Below, piece by piece: positions 1 through 10,769 of a DNA stretch of 64,000 bases (position 1 is its first letter; the number at the start of each line of letters is the position of its first letter). The stretch is from Eledone cirrhosa (Eukaryota). Position numbers and translations under genes: made by a program. The notes beneath the pieces are model-generated. The model had not been told where the DNA came from. It searched no databases and saw only the letters and a program-made list of their open reading frames with translations. The stretch lies in NCBI GenBank assembly GCA_964016885.1, contig OZ024743.1, forward strand, positions 370,574,001 through 370,638,000, in the 5' to 3' direction.

Positions 1-3000
1 CTGTTTATGCCCCGTCAGGGGTAGGATGGCCTGATCTATTCAGGCAACTGGAGACCTTCCTAGGAACGTCCCACTCTTTAATGTTAGTGGGCAATTGGAA
101 TGGGATCTTGGATGCACGCTGGGATTGTGTGCGATTAGTGGATAGGGAGGAGAGAGTAAAAGCCTCGCAAACCTGCTCAGATGTTTCCAACTGTCTGACA
201 GGTACCGACTGGATTTCCCGAATGTGCTAATGTAGACTTGGACAAACTGAATCGGGTCATCCAGCTCGTATCTAGATAGACTATTTTGTAAGGAAATAAA
301 TAGTTCTAACATAAGTTGTCCACAATTCAAAATAGTCGACTACACAGACCACAAATTCGTGATCTGTGTGGTTGACTTAGATAGGCTTCATAGTTAAGCG
401 GGTGTTTATGGGGGTAATCAACAACAAATGTTGGTTCGCCCTGAAAAAGGAGATTAGAATGGAGTCCATAAGGTTTAGTAAAGCGTTAGAAATAGAGAAA
501 AATAGAGCAGAGGGAGAACTAGTTAGAAAATTAGATGAGGTGCTTAGTAAAGGCTTCGCGACCGACGTTCTTGCGGCGAAATTGACACTCGACCAATTCT
601 TAAACGCAAAGCACGAAGGCTGCGTTGTCAGAGCTATGGTGCGTGCTCACAGAAACGAGGAGACAAAAGCCGTTTGATGGTCCTGGGTGGTGGAGGCACG
701 ACGGGGCAACAAAGCCACGATCCGGTCTTTGGAGGACCACGACGGGTGCATGTTACTCAAACCCGAGCAAATGTGTGCGGCTTTTTAGCGGCACTTCACT
801 CAGCTGTTCGGGGCCAGCGGTGGGTCGGATTGCAGGATGGACTTTAGCACCTACCTTGACGGACTGCCATGGCTCTCGGCCACTGAAGCAGAGTGTTGCG
901 AAAGGCCCATAACATGGGTAGCAATGACTGACGGCACAATGGGTAAATCGCCTGGTTTGGATGGGATGGTCTGCCCTACGAGCTTTACGTATGCATGCTA
1001 GACTTGTTCAGCGACTTCTTGGTGGACGTCTACTGCAACTGGCAGCAGAACAGGAGAATTCCCAGCTCTGTGAGCCGAGAGGCAGTAGCACTGCTCAGAG
1101 AGGACCCGAACAAGGAGGACAAGATAGATAATTTCAGGCCCATAACTCTGCTAAACGCAGAGTTCAAGATTTTAGCCAAGGTGCTAGCAAAGAGGTTGGC
1201 ACTTGTCGTCGGTGGTCTGGTGGGAGAGGCGCAGACATGCACCATTCCAGACAGATCCGTCCACGACAAACTCCACCTCATGCGATACATCGTGGAGAAG
1301 GTAGCTAACTAACCTGGCAAGGGAGGAGTCTTGATCAATTTAGATCAGTCGAAAGTTTTCGATAGGGTCGACAACCGGTATCTGGTGGCGGTCCTGAGGG
1401 TGGCCGGCTTTGGGCCCATCTTTGGGCACAGTGACATCTGCACTCTGGTGAGAGTCACCAGTCACCTTTCAGAACCGTTCAACATCATGCGCTCGGTCCA
1501 CCAAGGTTGTCCCCTCTTGTCCCTGTTGTACATTGAATCATTACTGCACAAACTGGAGACGTTGAGGGGTGTCCCTCGCAAATTAGGATGTGGGAGAACC
1601 GTGACAGCATATGCCGACGACGTCAAAGTAGTGGTGTCGAATGCTAACCACATCGAGGCGATCGGCACTACACTAAGAGAATACGAAGCGGTGACAGGAG
1701 CAATGATTAACAAGGAAAAGTCGGTGGGCCTGCAGCTCGGCACCTGGAGAGGCAGGTCCATGCCGTCCAACAGCATCATCGAGCGCTGGATGGACAGACC
1801 GGTTAAATTGCTAGGGGTCTAGTTCGGTCCAGACCTCCAGACAGACAAAAGCTGGGACGAGGTGACGAGCAGGATGGCCTCTCTCACCCAGAAATGGTCC
1901 GAGAGGAAGCTATCCCTGAAAGGTCGAGCGGAGGTGACGAACGTGTATATCGTATCCGTCATCTACTACCGCCTGACTCTTGTGCTTTCTCCTAAGCCTC
2001 GCCTGACTGCGCTGGAACGTTTGCTCTTTCGCTTTTTGTGGAAGGAACGCGCTCCGATGGTCAGGCCGTCCGTTTTCTGTCAACACCCGCTATGTGGAGG
2101 GCTGGGCATGCCGTGGCTGATGATGCGCAAATATGCGCTCAGGCTACGGCATTTCCACCTCTTCCTCAACGATGATCAGGTGTGATCACTGTTTGCTAAT
2201 TTCCCTAGCTCGTCTCCTTGACGGAGCTGCAGTCTTGGGTCAAGCAAAGACCAAGACGGAGCGCTTAGAAACTGGAATGTCTTCAGGCACTTACAGCCAC
2301 TCGAGAAATGCGATCGGTGGAAACCCCACCTCAGCGTTCTACAGAGGGTTAGTGGAGGGTAAGGGCGACGACGTCCTTGGGGAGACTCTGGGCGTCGAAG
2401 AAAATCAACTAGCCAATCTCTTCGGGAGGACTTTCGGGCCGGGCCCATAGACAACTTCCAGAAATTCCTGGCCTGGCAGTGCTGCCAAAGAGCTTTGCCA
2501 GTTCGGGATAAACTCTACAGGCATAGAAGTGCCGTCAGCCGGGCATGTCCAAGATGCGCACAGGGCGACGAAACCGCCCTGCCCGCACTCCTCCAGTGTC
2601 CAAGCATTGTTGACTTGTGGGTTTATGTCAAACACCTTCTGTCGCGTGTAGGACGGATCCCGCTATCAGCTGAATCCATCGTGAAGATTTCCCCGTCGTC
2701 TTCCTTTAGCCAGGAAGGGCAGGCAGTTTTTATCTGTCTGATGGCCATGGCAAAAGAGATAGTGGGGTGGACATGTTTGAAAGGGCTGAAGATGAGCTCT
2801 TACCTCTTCGGTAATGCCCTGATTAACTTTTTCAAATTTCATTTGAAAAGGAAAATCAGGGTGGAGAGGGAAGTGCTCTCTTCCCAGCAATTTGTTGAAA
2901 GATGGGTGTGAGAGGCAAGCATGGCCTGAGTGAATGGGCCTGCTCTGAGTATGCGCCTGTAAATTGAAGGTGGAAAACTGGGAGAAGGTACTTGCTCTGG

Positions 3001-3189
3001 TGGTCAGGTTCATCGTGGCTTTTTTAATGGGTTTATCCATGAGTATCCCTCGGAAGTCTCCCCCCTACTGGGGAATTTTCCTTTGTTTCTTATTTGTCAT
3101 TTTCTTTTTTTCTTTAAACACAGAAATGCCCATTTGTACCGTCCTGTGCTGTCCTCGTGGTTGATAAAGAAAACATTATTATTATTATT
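1..3189 (+). mobile_element. Decayed L1/Tx1-clade LINE: APE remnant, RT, zinc-knuckle C-terminus, 3' UTR, (TTA)n tail
   Basis: Frameshifted ORF pieces with DNFRPITLLNAEFKILAK, LDQSKVFDRV, QGCPL, AYADD, GGLG and CPRC..ET..LLQC; ends aagaaaacattattatt. Confidence 0.9.
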
Positions 3190-3434
3190 TCATTTATCTT
3201 GCTTTATGTTCATGCGAGTTATCTCCATGTCACAACCAGTGACCTCAAGAGACAACAAGGTCCGCCATGTTCAAGAAAGAACACATACACACATACATGT
3301 ATCTTTAGGTGTTTAGGCCTGTGATGTATTTATATTGACAGAAACTTCCTTATTATATGGGCAATTCCCATTAGTACTATCTTTTGTATTTCTGCTATAC
3401 GCAGGTCTCCTGGGATTTGGGATAAGTAATCATT
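3190..3434 (-). mobile_element. 3' fragment of R4/Dong-like (RLE) LINE
   Basis: Minus frame IAEIQKIVLMGIAHIIRKFLSI*, a typical R4/Dong-type C-terminus; abuts (TAA)n. Confidence 0.65.
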
Positions 3435-3914
3435 ATTTTTATCTGTCTGGTGGCCATGGCGAAAGAGATAGTATGGTGGACACGTTTGAAAGGGCTGAAG
3501 ACGAGCACTTACCTCTTCGGTGATGCCCTGATTAACTTTTTCAAATTTCATTTGAAAAGGAAAATCAGGGTAGAGAGGGAAGTGCTCTCTTCCCAGCATT
3601 TTGTTGAAAGATGGGTGAGAGAAGCAAGTATGGCCCGAATGAATGGGCCTTCTCTGAGTATGTGTCTGTAAATTAAAGGTGGAAAACTGGGAGAGGGCAC
3701 TTGCCCTGGTGGTCAGGGCCACTGTGGTCTTTTAATGGGCTTTCTCCACAAATGTCCCTTGGAAGTCTCCCCCCCTATTGGGGAATTTTTCTTTGTTATT
3801 TTATTTCAACCTCTGTTTTTTTACACGCAGAAATGCCCATTTGTACCGTCCTGTATTGTCCTCTACTGTCCTTAATGTCTACTTTATGTGAACCCTTGTG
3901 GTTAATAAAGAAAA

Positions 3915-3958
<44 letters not shown>
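3435..3958 (+). mobile_element. 5'-truncated second copy of the Tx1-like LINE 3' end
   Basis: Closely matches 2728-3189 (MAMAKEIVWWTRLKG..FFKFHLKRKIRVERE); (TTA)n tail. Confidence 0.9.
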
Positions 3959-4144
3959 GGGCGGTGGATTGGCAGTATCGGTAGAGAGTCGGACACCATG
4001 CTTTGAAGCATAGAGTTACGTCCCTTTATGATCTGAGATCAAATCCCGCCGAGGTTAACTTTGCCTTTCATCCTTACGGGGTCGATAAAATAAAGTACCA
4101 GTAATGTACTGGTAATTGCTGGCCTTGTGCCTAAAATAGAAACA

Positions 4145-4187
<43 letters not shown>
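3959..4187 (+). mobile_element. tRNA-derived SINE with (ATT)n tail
   Basis: Head ggcggtggattggcagtatcggtag, B-box-like gatcaaatcc, core gcctttcatccttacggggtcgataaaataaagtacc; many copies in window. Confidence 0.85.
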
Positions 4188-4188
<1 letters not shown>

Positions 4189-4189
4189 C

Positions 4190-4960
4190 ACTCTGTCATG
4201 CAGTGGAGATGGATAATGCACTGGGGTATTTTGTCATCTGTCAAGTTACAACAAGGACCTCAGACACACCATACTTTCCTCAAAATGTGCACAGTACCTA
4301 GCAAAGCCACCTTTTGTATGACACCCAACTTGTATGGTATTCCCAGTTACTTTCAATGAGATTGACCAGATCACAACTGGCATCGCTTTCACATTACCCT
4401 CTTGCATTTCAAATAGTCTTGCCAACTACACTTTCAATACAGTGTAATTGGTGATTTTTTCAATCTCAATTGAAATATTCATGTCATTTGGTATGAACAC
4501 ATCAATGATCTGACAGAATTTGTCTTTCTTATTCAACACGACAATGTTGGTGATGTTTAATTATTCTATCAGTTTGAAAGTCATAATACCAGGTTATCGT
4601 TGTTTTCCCATTCTCCAACTTACATTACAAGGCACATGCTCATAGCAATTCTGTATGATTTCATATTGGTATTTACAACACAGAAGCCAATGAAGGTATA
4701 GACAGTCTTTATCATGGCAGTGCTTGTATTCTTTTTGTGCAAGGTTCTCACATACACTTACCAAGAGGGCCACATTTTTCACATTCTTTCCACAGATCCT
4801 GCATTTGTGTCAGAAGTTGTGTAGAAGTTATACTTCTCCCGATTGGTAGCAAGAGCTTGGTCTTGTGCCGCAATTATAAGGCCTTCAGTGGCACATTTCA
4901 AATCACCTTGCTAAAGCAATGTCCACATTGTTGTTTTGTCCTTGATATCATTATCTATAA
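4190..4960 (-). mobile_element. R4/Dong-like LINE fragment (CCHC/RLE region)
   Basis: Minus frame CENLAQKEYKHCHDKDCLYLHWLLC; left end at (TTA)n. Confidence 0.65.
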
Positions 4961-4986
4961 AAGGCAGATTGTTGTTGTTGTTGTTG

Positions 4987-5059
<73 letters not shown>

Positions 5060-5060
<1 letters not shown>

Positions 5061-5560
5061 CTGTTCCATGTTTATACATTTGCACAATTTCAAACCGATT
5101 CGACTCAAAGTCTGTAAGAATGTTGTAAATGGTGAAACTTAGGTCAACGACTATTTATTTCATTCAAACTCACCAACAATTACGGAAATAATCGATAAAA
5201 CTAAATACATGACGCTTTAACCCTCTAATACAATTTGATTTACTCTCTCTACTCCCCTTAAAATTCAATAAAACTACATACATGTTGCAACTTTCTCTTA
5301 TATACGATTAAACCTAGAAACTTTAAGAGAGAGAGAGAGAGAGTGAGAGGGGGGGAGAGAGAGAGAGGGAGGGGACGTTTGTTTTTGAGTGTGGAACGGT
5401 CAAACATTTATTTACTTCAATGACAAAGAGAACTTATTACATTTCATACGAAACAATAATTATTCAAAAGCAACAGATAAATTTATTCAACAACAAAAAA
5501 ATAGCGATAAATCTTTTTTAGAACATCTATCAACGAACGTGGAAGAAAGAAGTATCAGTT
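5060..5560 (+). mobile_element. Remnant related to the Helitron 5' non-coding region
   Basis: Shares aatcgataaaactaaatacatg and tattcaaaagcaacagat with 22620-23010. Confidence 0.45.
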
Positions 5561-5578
5561 CATTTACTATACACAATA

Positions 5579-5851
5579 ATATCCTCTATGAGGTCACTAA
5601 ACCTGCTAGAAACAGCAGCTAACTCTCCTCCATATCACACCACTTGCTACTGTCTTAAATTTAGAAAACATATCCTCTATGAGGTAACTAAACCTGCTAG
5701 AAACAGCAGCTAACTCTCCCCCATATCACACCACTTGCTACTGTCTTAAATTTAGAAAACATATCCTCTATGAGGTCACTAACCCTGCTAGAAACAGCAG
5801 CTAACTCCCCCCATATCACACCCCTCCCTACTGTCTTAAATTTAGAAAACA
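5579..5851 (+). repeat. Three tandem copies of a 91-bp unit
   Basis: atatcctctatgagg..aaatttagaaaac starts at 5579, 5670 and 5761. Confidence 0.9.
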
Positions 5852-6039
5852 CACATTAGACAACCATGCAGAACAACTCCATCGCAGCTCTGTGGTGCAG
5901 TTCCTGCTTCGGCAGTCCAGGTCTGCAATTCATTCACCCAGTGCCTGGCAGACAAGAAAGTGCTGCCATAAAATGGGTCATGCAACCTAACTTTGGTAAC
6001 TTACTGACCCCAAGCAACGCCGGGCTTTAATGCTAGTCC

Positions 6040-6457
6040 TGTATATTTCTTTCAAACTGACCATGTATTCTCATTCTTAGAAGATCTTTTCTTTTCTGCT
6101 TTTTGGTTAAACTCTTCCTTTCCAACCATTTCTGCTGCATTTATACCCATATCTACTGCTACATATTGCAACTGTTTATTGTCACTGTTTATCAAATATT
6201 CTGTAAGCATTCTCCTTCCACTCTTTATATAATGATCCACATTGATGAGGCCTCTGCCACCATTCTTTCTCTTCATGTATAGTCTATTAATATTTGCTTT
6301 AGGGTGTAAAGCTCTGTACAATATCATTAACTTACTTGTCTTTCTATCTAATTTTGATAGTTCTTCTTTAGTCCAACTGAGAATAGATGCACTATATCAA
6401 ACCGCTGCAACTGCCTAAATATTCATTGCAGTGACCAGATCTCTCACATTCAAGTTT
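6040..6457 (-). mobile_element. R4/Dong-like LINE fragment (post-RT region)
   Basis: LHPKANINRLYMKRKNGGRGL motif. Confidence 0.7.
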
Positions 6458-6474
6458 CTATTATTATTATTATA

Positions 6475-7024
6475 ATCGAGTCCATAGGGAAGATTACCCC
6501 GCTGTCTTCTTTTTGCCAGGAATGGTAGGCAGTTTTCCTGCCTGGTGGCTGTAGTGAAAGAGGTTGTGTGATGGACCAGGTTGAAAGGACTGAAGACAGA
6601 CACTTTCCTCTTTAGCCAATACTTCATCAACTTTTTCGAGTTTCACTTGGAAAGGAAAGTGATGGTGGAGAGAAATACTGACCCCTCGTACATTTGCTAA
6701 AAGGTGGGTGAATGTTGCAAGAATGGTTCTACTCTGAGCATATGCCTGTAGGCTGGTTAATTTAGAGAGGAGGGTGTGCCTTTCTAGGGTACTTTCGAGC
6801 ATCAGGTGGTTTAGGATTTGTGGGGTTCCTAAATCACCCTTGGGTGGTCTTCCTCATATTGGGGAATTTTTATTGTTAATATTTTTTTGTTTATTGTTAT
6901 TTGTTTGTTAATTTCTTTCTACTTTATTTCAGTGTAAACCCTTACAGTCCCTGTCTATTGTATTTTCCCCCCTTTTTGTTGGCTCTTGTGGCAAATACAA
7001 AGAAATAATAATGATAATAATAAT
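6475..7024 (+). mobile_element. Diverged Tx1-like LINE 3' fragment
   Basis: Homologous to 2670-3170; ends aaagaaataataatgataataa. Confidence 0.7.
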
Positions 7025-7060
7025 TTATTTATTGGCTACTAGGGCCCAATAATAATAATA

Positions 7061-7395
7061 AGGTTAACTTTGCCTTTCATCCTTACGGGGTCGATAAAAT
7101 TAAGCACCAGTTAATACACTGGGATAATTGCTGGCCTTGTGCCAAAAGTAGAAACAATTATTATTATTACAAAAGGGGGGTGGATTGGAAGTATTGGTAG
7201 AGTGTATGACAACATGCTTTGCGGCATAGAGTTATGGCTCTTTACATTCTGAGTTCAAATCACACTGAGGTTAGCTTTGTCTTTCATCCTTATGGGGTTG
7301 ATAAAATAAAGTACCAATAACGTACTGGGGTCGAATTAATTGACACTCTTCTCCCTCAAAATTGTTGACCTTGTCTCTAAATCTGAAACCATTAT
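7061..7395 (+). mobile_element. Partial plus full tRNA-SINE copies
   Basis: Core ctttcatcctta(c/t)ggggt(c/t)gataaaat occurs twice; head gtggattggaagtattggtag at about 7180. Confidence 0.75.
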
Positions 7396-7409
7396 TACTT
7401 TTATTATTA

Positions 7410-7860
7410 TTTCTTCTTTCTCAGGCTGTTCTTTTGCCACATTACTAAACCAAGACGATGGGTCATAACTAATGATCTAGGCACTCTTGGTTACTTTCTC
7501 CTGATGACTATGTTTGCATCACACTTCTCAAAATTCTAGCTGTTCCTTGGAGTGTCGTTTTCTGAAGGAATACTACTTTTGACTGGATCACATGTTTTTC
7601 TATCCATTTTTCTAATTTCTTGGTTACACAATCAAGAGCACCTTTCAGTATTGGTGTGATCTCAACCTTTTTCATCTCCTATATTTTTCGAGTTCTATTC
7701 TAAGGTCCTGGTATATATCAACGTTCTCCATTTCTTATATTATCACACTGTATAGTCATGTCCTATAAGACCTTTACATCATCATTCTCAACTACTCCCT
7801 CTGATTGATGTTCGTACCACAGTTCATGTTGTTCCAAATGATACTTTCTACAGAACTTCT
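7410..7860 (-). mobile_element. R4/Dong-like LINE 3' fragment
   Basis: Minus frames YQDLRIE, KVEITPILKGALDCV, LQKTTLQGTARILRSV. Confidence 0.6.
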
Positions 7861-8850
7861 GATGATGATGATGGTGTTGATATATTCACATTCTTTTTTT
7901 CTTCTCTCCACAGTAATGGAACACTTAATGAACCAATTTCGGCAAATGGAGTACTTTTCTCATCTAATGTCTCAAACAGCAAAAATCAACTGATTCCAGG
8001 TTTCGTAAAAGATTCCTTTGGGTAAATATATAATATTTCGTCATGTTGTTATACATTTATGTTATGTTATGATCTGTAGTGGGTTAAGAGCCAGAAATCG
8101 CAAGGGTGATGTAAGGTCAAGGATAAAAGGACAGCCTTAATCCACATTTTCATGTGGATCATTGAGATAGTAGGCCATGTATGAGTGAGGTTCATCATTT
8201 CTTTTCTGGCCTTTTCTGAAGTGTTTGGTGTTTCAAATCACATGTCACAATATAGCTATTTTTTTTTTCAAGTTATTTGTTATTTTATTCACAGTAGTGG
8301 TTTTCATTCAGAATCACTAAAAGAGATGGTCAACAGCCGGCACATTCTTAAGAGCTGTATATAGGCCAAGTGGAAACAGGATTGAAGAAAGACACAATTG
8401 GACAATAAAGACTATGATTGAAAGAGGGGATTTATCTCCTCAGTTGAGGCAGTGTTTTGGTACAACATTTCACCCAAACCAGGACAAGCTTAAGAGTTGG
8501 TGCCTCAAAGAGCAGTGTTCAGGGACAGTATCCAAGCACAGTATCATAGAGCATTAGGGGAATGGAAGGACTTGCATCTGTCCAGGTAGATCAGGGATGA
8601 GGTGTGTGTGAAGCCCCTCAATGCATGCTGTACATCTGAATGGGGGAGAGGAAGAATAACAGAAATGAATTGTTGGAATAATGTTTCAGTTGCCACATTG
8701 TATTCTGGATAGCTCTAGGATTGTCAGCTCATTAGATAATGGTGGATTCGACCAGCATTATAGTCCTGTGAACGTTGTAGAAGGAGTGACATACACCTAA
8801 GTGGACAGACTAAGATGGAGTGAGAGGTGATGAAGCTAGTTTCTTTTCAA

Positions 8851-8883
<33 letters not shown>

Positions 8884-8886
<3 letters not shown>

Positions 8887-9214
8887 TCATCATCATCATC
8901 AGTTTAACTTCTCTTTTTCCTTGCTAGCATGGGTTAATCGAGTTGTTCTGTTGTGAGCAATGCCAGGTCAGGTGACCTTGTCTTATTCATACAGCTGGAT
9001 GCCCTTCCTAATTCCAAACTCATTTACAGTGTGGACAGTGTGCTTTTTCTCATGACTCCTACATGACCACTTAACAATGTGGGCTGGGTGCTTTTTTCAT
9101 GACACCTACACGACAACTTTACAGTGTGAGCTGGGTGCTCTTTGCTGTGTCACCATCACAACCCCTTTACAGTGTGGGCTATGTCCTTTTTGTCGTGTCA
9201 CCATCACGACGACT

Positions 9215-9215
<1 letters not shown>
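8884..9215 (-). mobile_element. SINE-like element with (ATG)n tail and internal tandem units
   Basis: (cat)n followed by acagctggatgcccttcctaa; related copy at 59880-60045. Confidence 0.55.
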
Positions 9216-9288
<73 letters not shown>

Positions 9289-10059
9289 AAGGTAATTTTA
9301 GGTTTAATCAATACGTATAAAATATATATCGATAATGTTTCTCAGTAAAAAGCTCAATAAACTTCTGTTCAGATAATCTATAATATAATATATTTGTAAA
9401 CGATATATACATGGATATATCAGTTGAGAAACAAACTAGTATTTTGTTCACCATCGATTACAGTAATTAATATTGTTCACCAATTATCGATTTTGGTAAA
9501 CATCGTTAACACCATAATTTGCCTGGAACTTTTTCTAACACTCCATAAGGCCTATCCTATTTTGTCTACCCTTCTATAAGATGTTATATTTACACCATGC
9601 AAAGATCATTTAAGTTTGTCTTTCAAGGCTAGATAACTAGTATTTTAATGCAATGTGAGAGATATATTTTAGCAAAGACCTAAATATGAAGAGAATCATG
9701 CTTTTAATGATGTTTACCAAATTTGATAATTGGCGATCGATACTAATTACTATAATCTATGGTGAATATTCTATTTCTCTGATTCTTTGAAACAGGCCTG
9801 TCTATGAAAGTACAATAGTATGTTTTAAATCTGTATTTAAATCTGTATAAATTTACAGTAGAATAACGTGGCAAATATGTTTTAAATATATACATGAATA
9901 AGATAACAAATGCTTAAATAACATTATAAATTGCTCACAATTCACTCAGAAAGTTAAATATAATGTCTAAACCGTGTATAATAACACAATAATATAAATT
10001 CATTGAACAAAAATGATAAAGGAAAGAAAAAAGAAGAAAAGGGGATGGGTCAATTCACC

Positions 10060-10235
10060 ACCAAGTGTGATAAACGGCTGCACCTCACTCCTTGGGGATT
10101 AACTGGACACTTTCAGGCAAGCAAACACGGTTGCAGCATTACCACGGGTGATGGCGAGGCTAGTATGCTGAAATAACCAGGCACCCTCATGGGCATCACC
10201 TGACACCTCAGTAAGGTGTCAGGTGATGCCCCCCT
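10060..10235 (-). mobile_element. 3' tip of a CRE-like LINE ending in a hairpin
   Basis: Minus frame WLFQHTSLAITRGNAA resembles WLFQRVSLAIFRGNA at about 55760. Confidence 0.6.
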
Positions 10236-10249
10236 GATATATATATATA

Positions 10250-10290
<41 letters not shown>

Positions 10291-10441
10291 ATACTTTGGG
10301 AGGGTCATGTTGCCAATAAGAAACACACGCACCAGTTGATTTCACTTCAATTTAATTTATTATATATTTATAAATTTACAAATTTATAAATTTCTGGTTG
10401 GTTGGTTGGTTCCACAACCAGATAGTTGTTTATATATATAT

Positions 10442-10486
10442 AGTCATAGTTCTTTCGTCACACACTCTGTGACCTCTTCAGTGACT
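10442..10486 (-). ncRNA. Type I hammerhead ribozyme motif in pLTR
   Basis: Reverse complement of 17647-17691. Confidence 0.8.
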
Positions 10487-10769
10487 GGGGATTTCTTTCT
10501 TCGTTTCTGTGCCTTTCCTTTCTTCTATCCTACGCCATTTTGTTTGTGTGTGGGTTGCGTGCTCAGTTTGCGCATGCGCCACATCCGGGTGTCTGTGTGT
10601 GTTTGTGTTCATTTTTCTATTTTTCTATTTATATTTTTCTATTTGTTTGTTTATTTATTTATTTATTGTTGGTTGGTTGTTTGTTCTATGTGTGTGTGTG
10701 TTTTCATTTTGTGTGTGTTTTCAATTGTAAGTTGTTTGTTTTATGTGTGTGTGTGTTTTCATTTTGTCC

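Noticed and set aside
3959-4070. tRNA gene
   Set aside because: A/B boxes only, no cloverleaf; it is a SINE head
5579-5851. CRISPR-like periodicity
   Set aside because: Contiguous tandem units with no unique spacers; eukaryotic context
9796-9817. Possible micro-exon (aacAG..GTATGT); other candidates at about 40178, 55556 and 59381
   Set aside because: No protease or SRCR motif support, or in-frame stops
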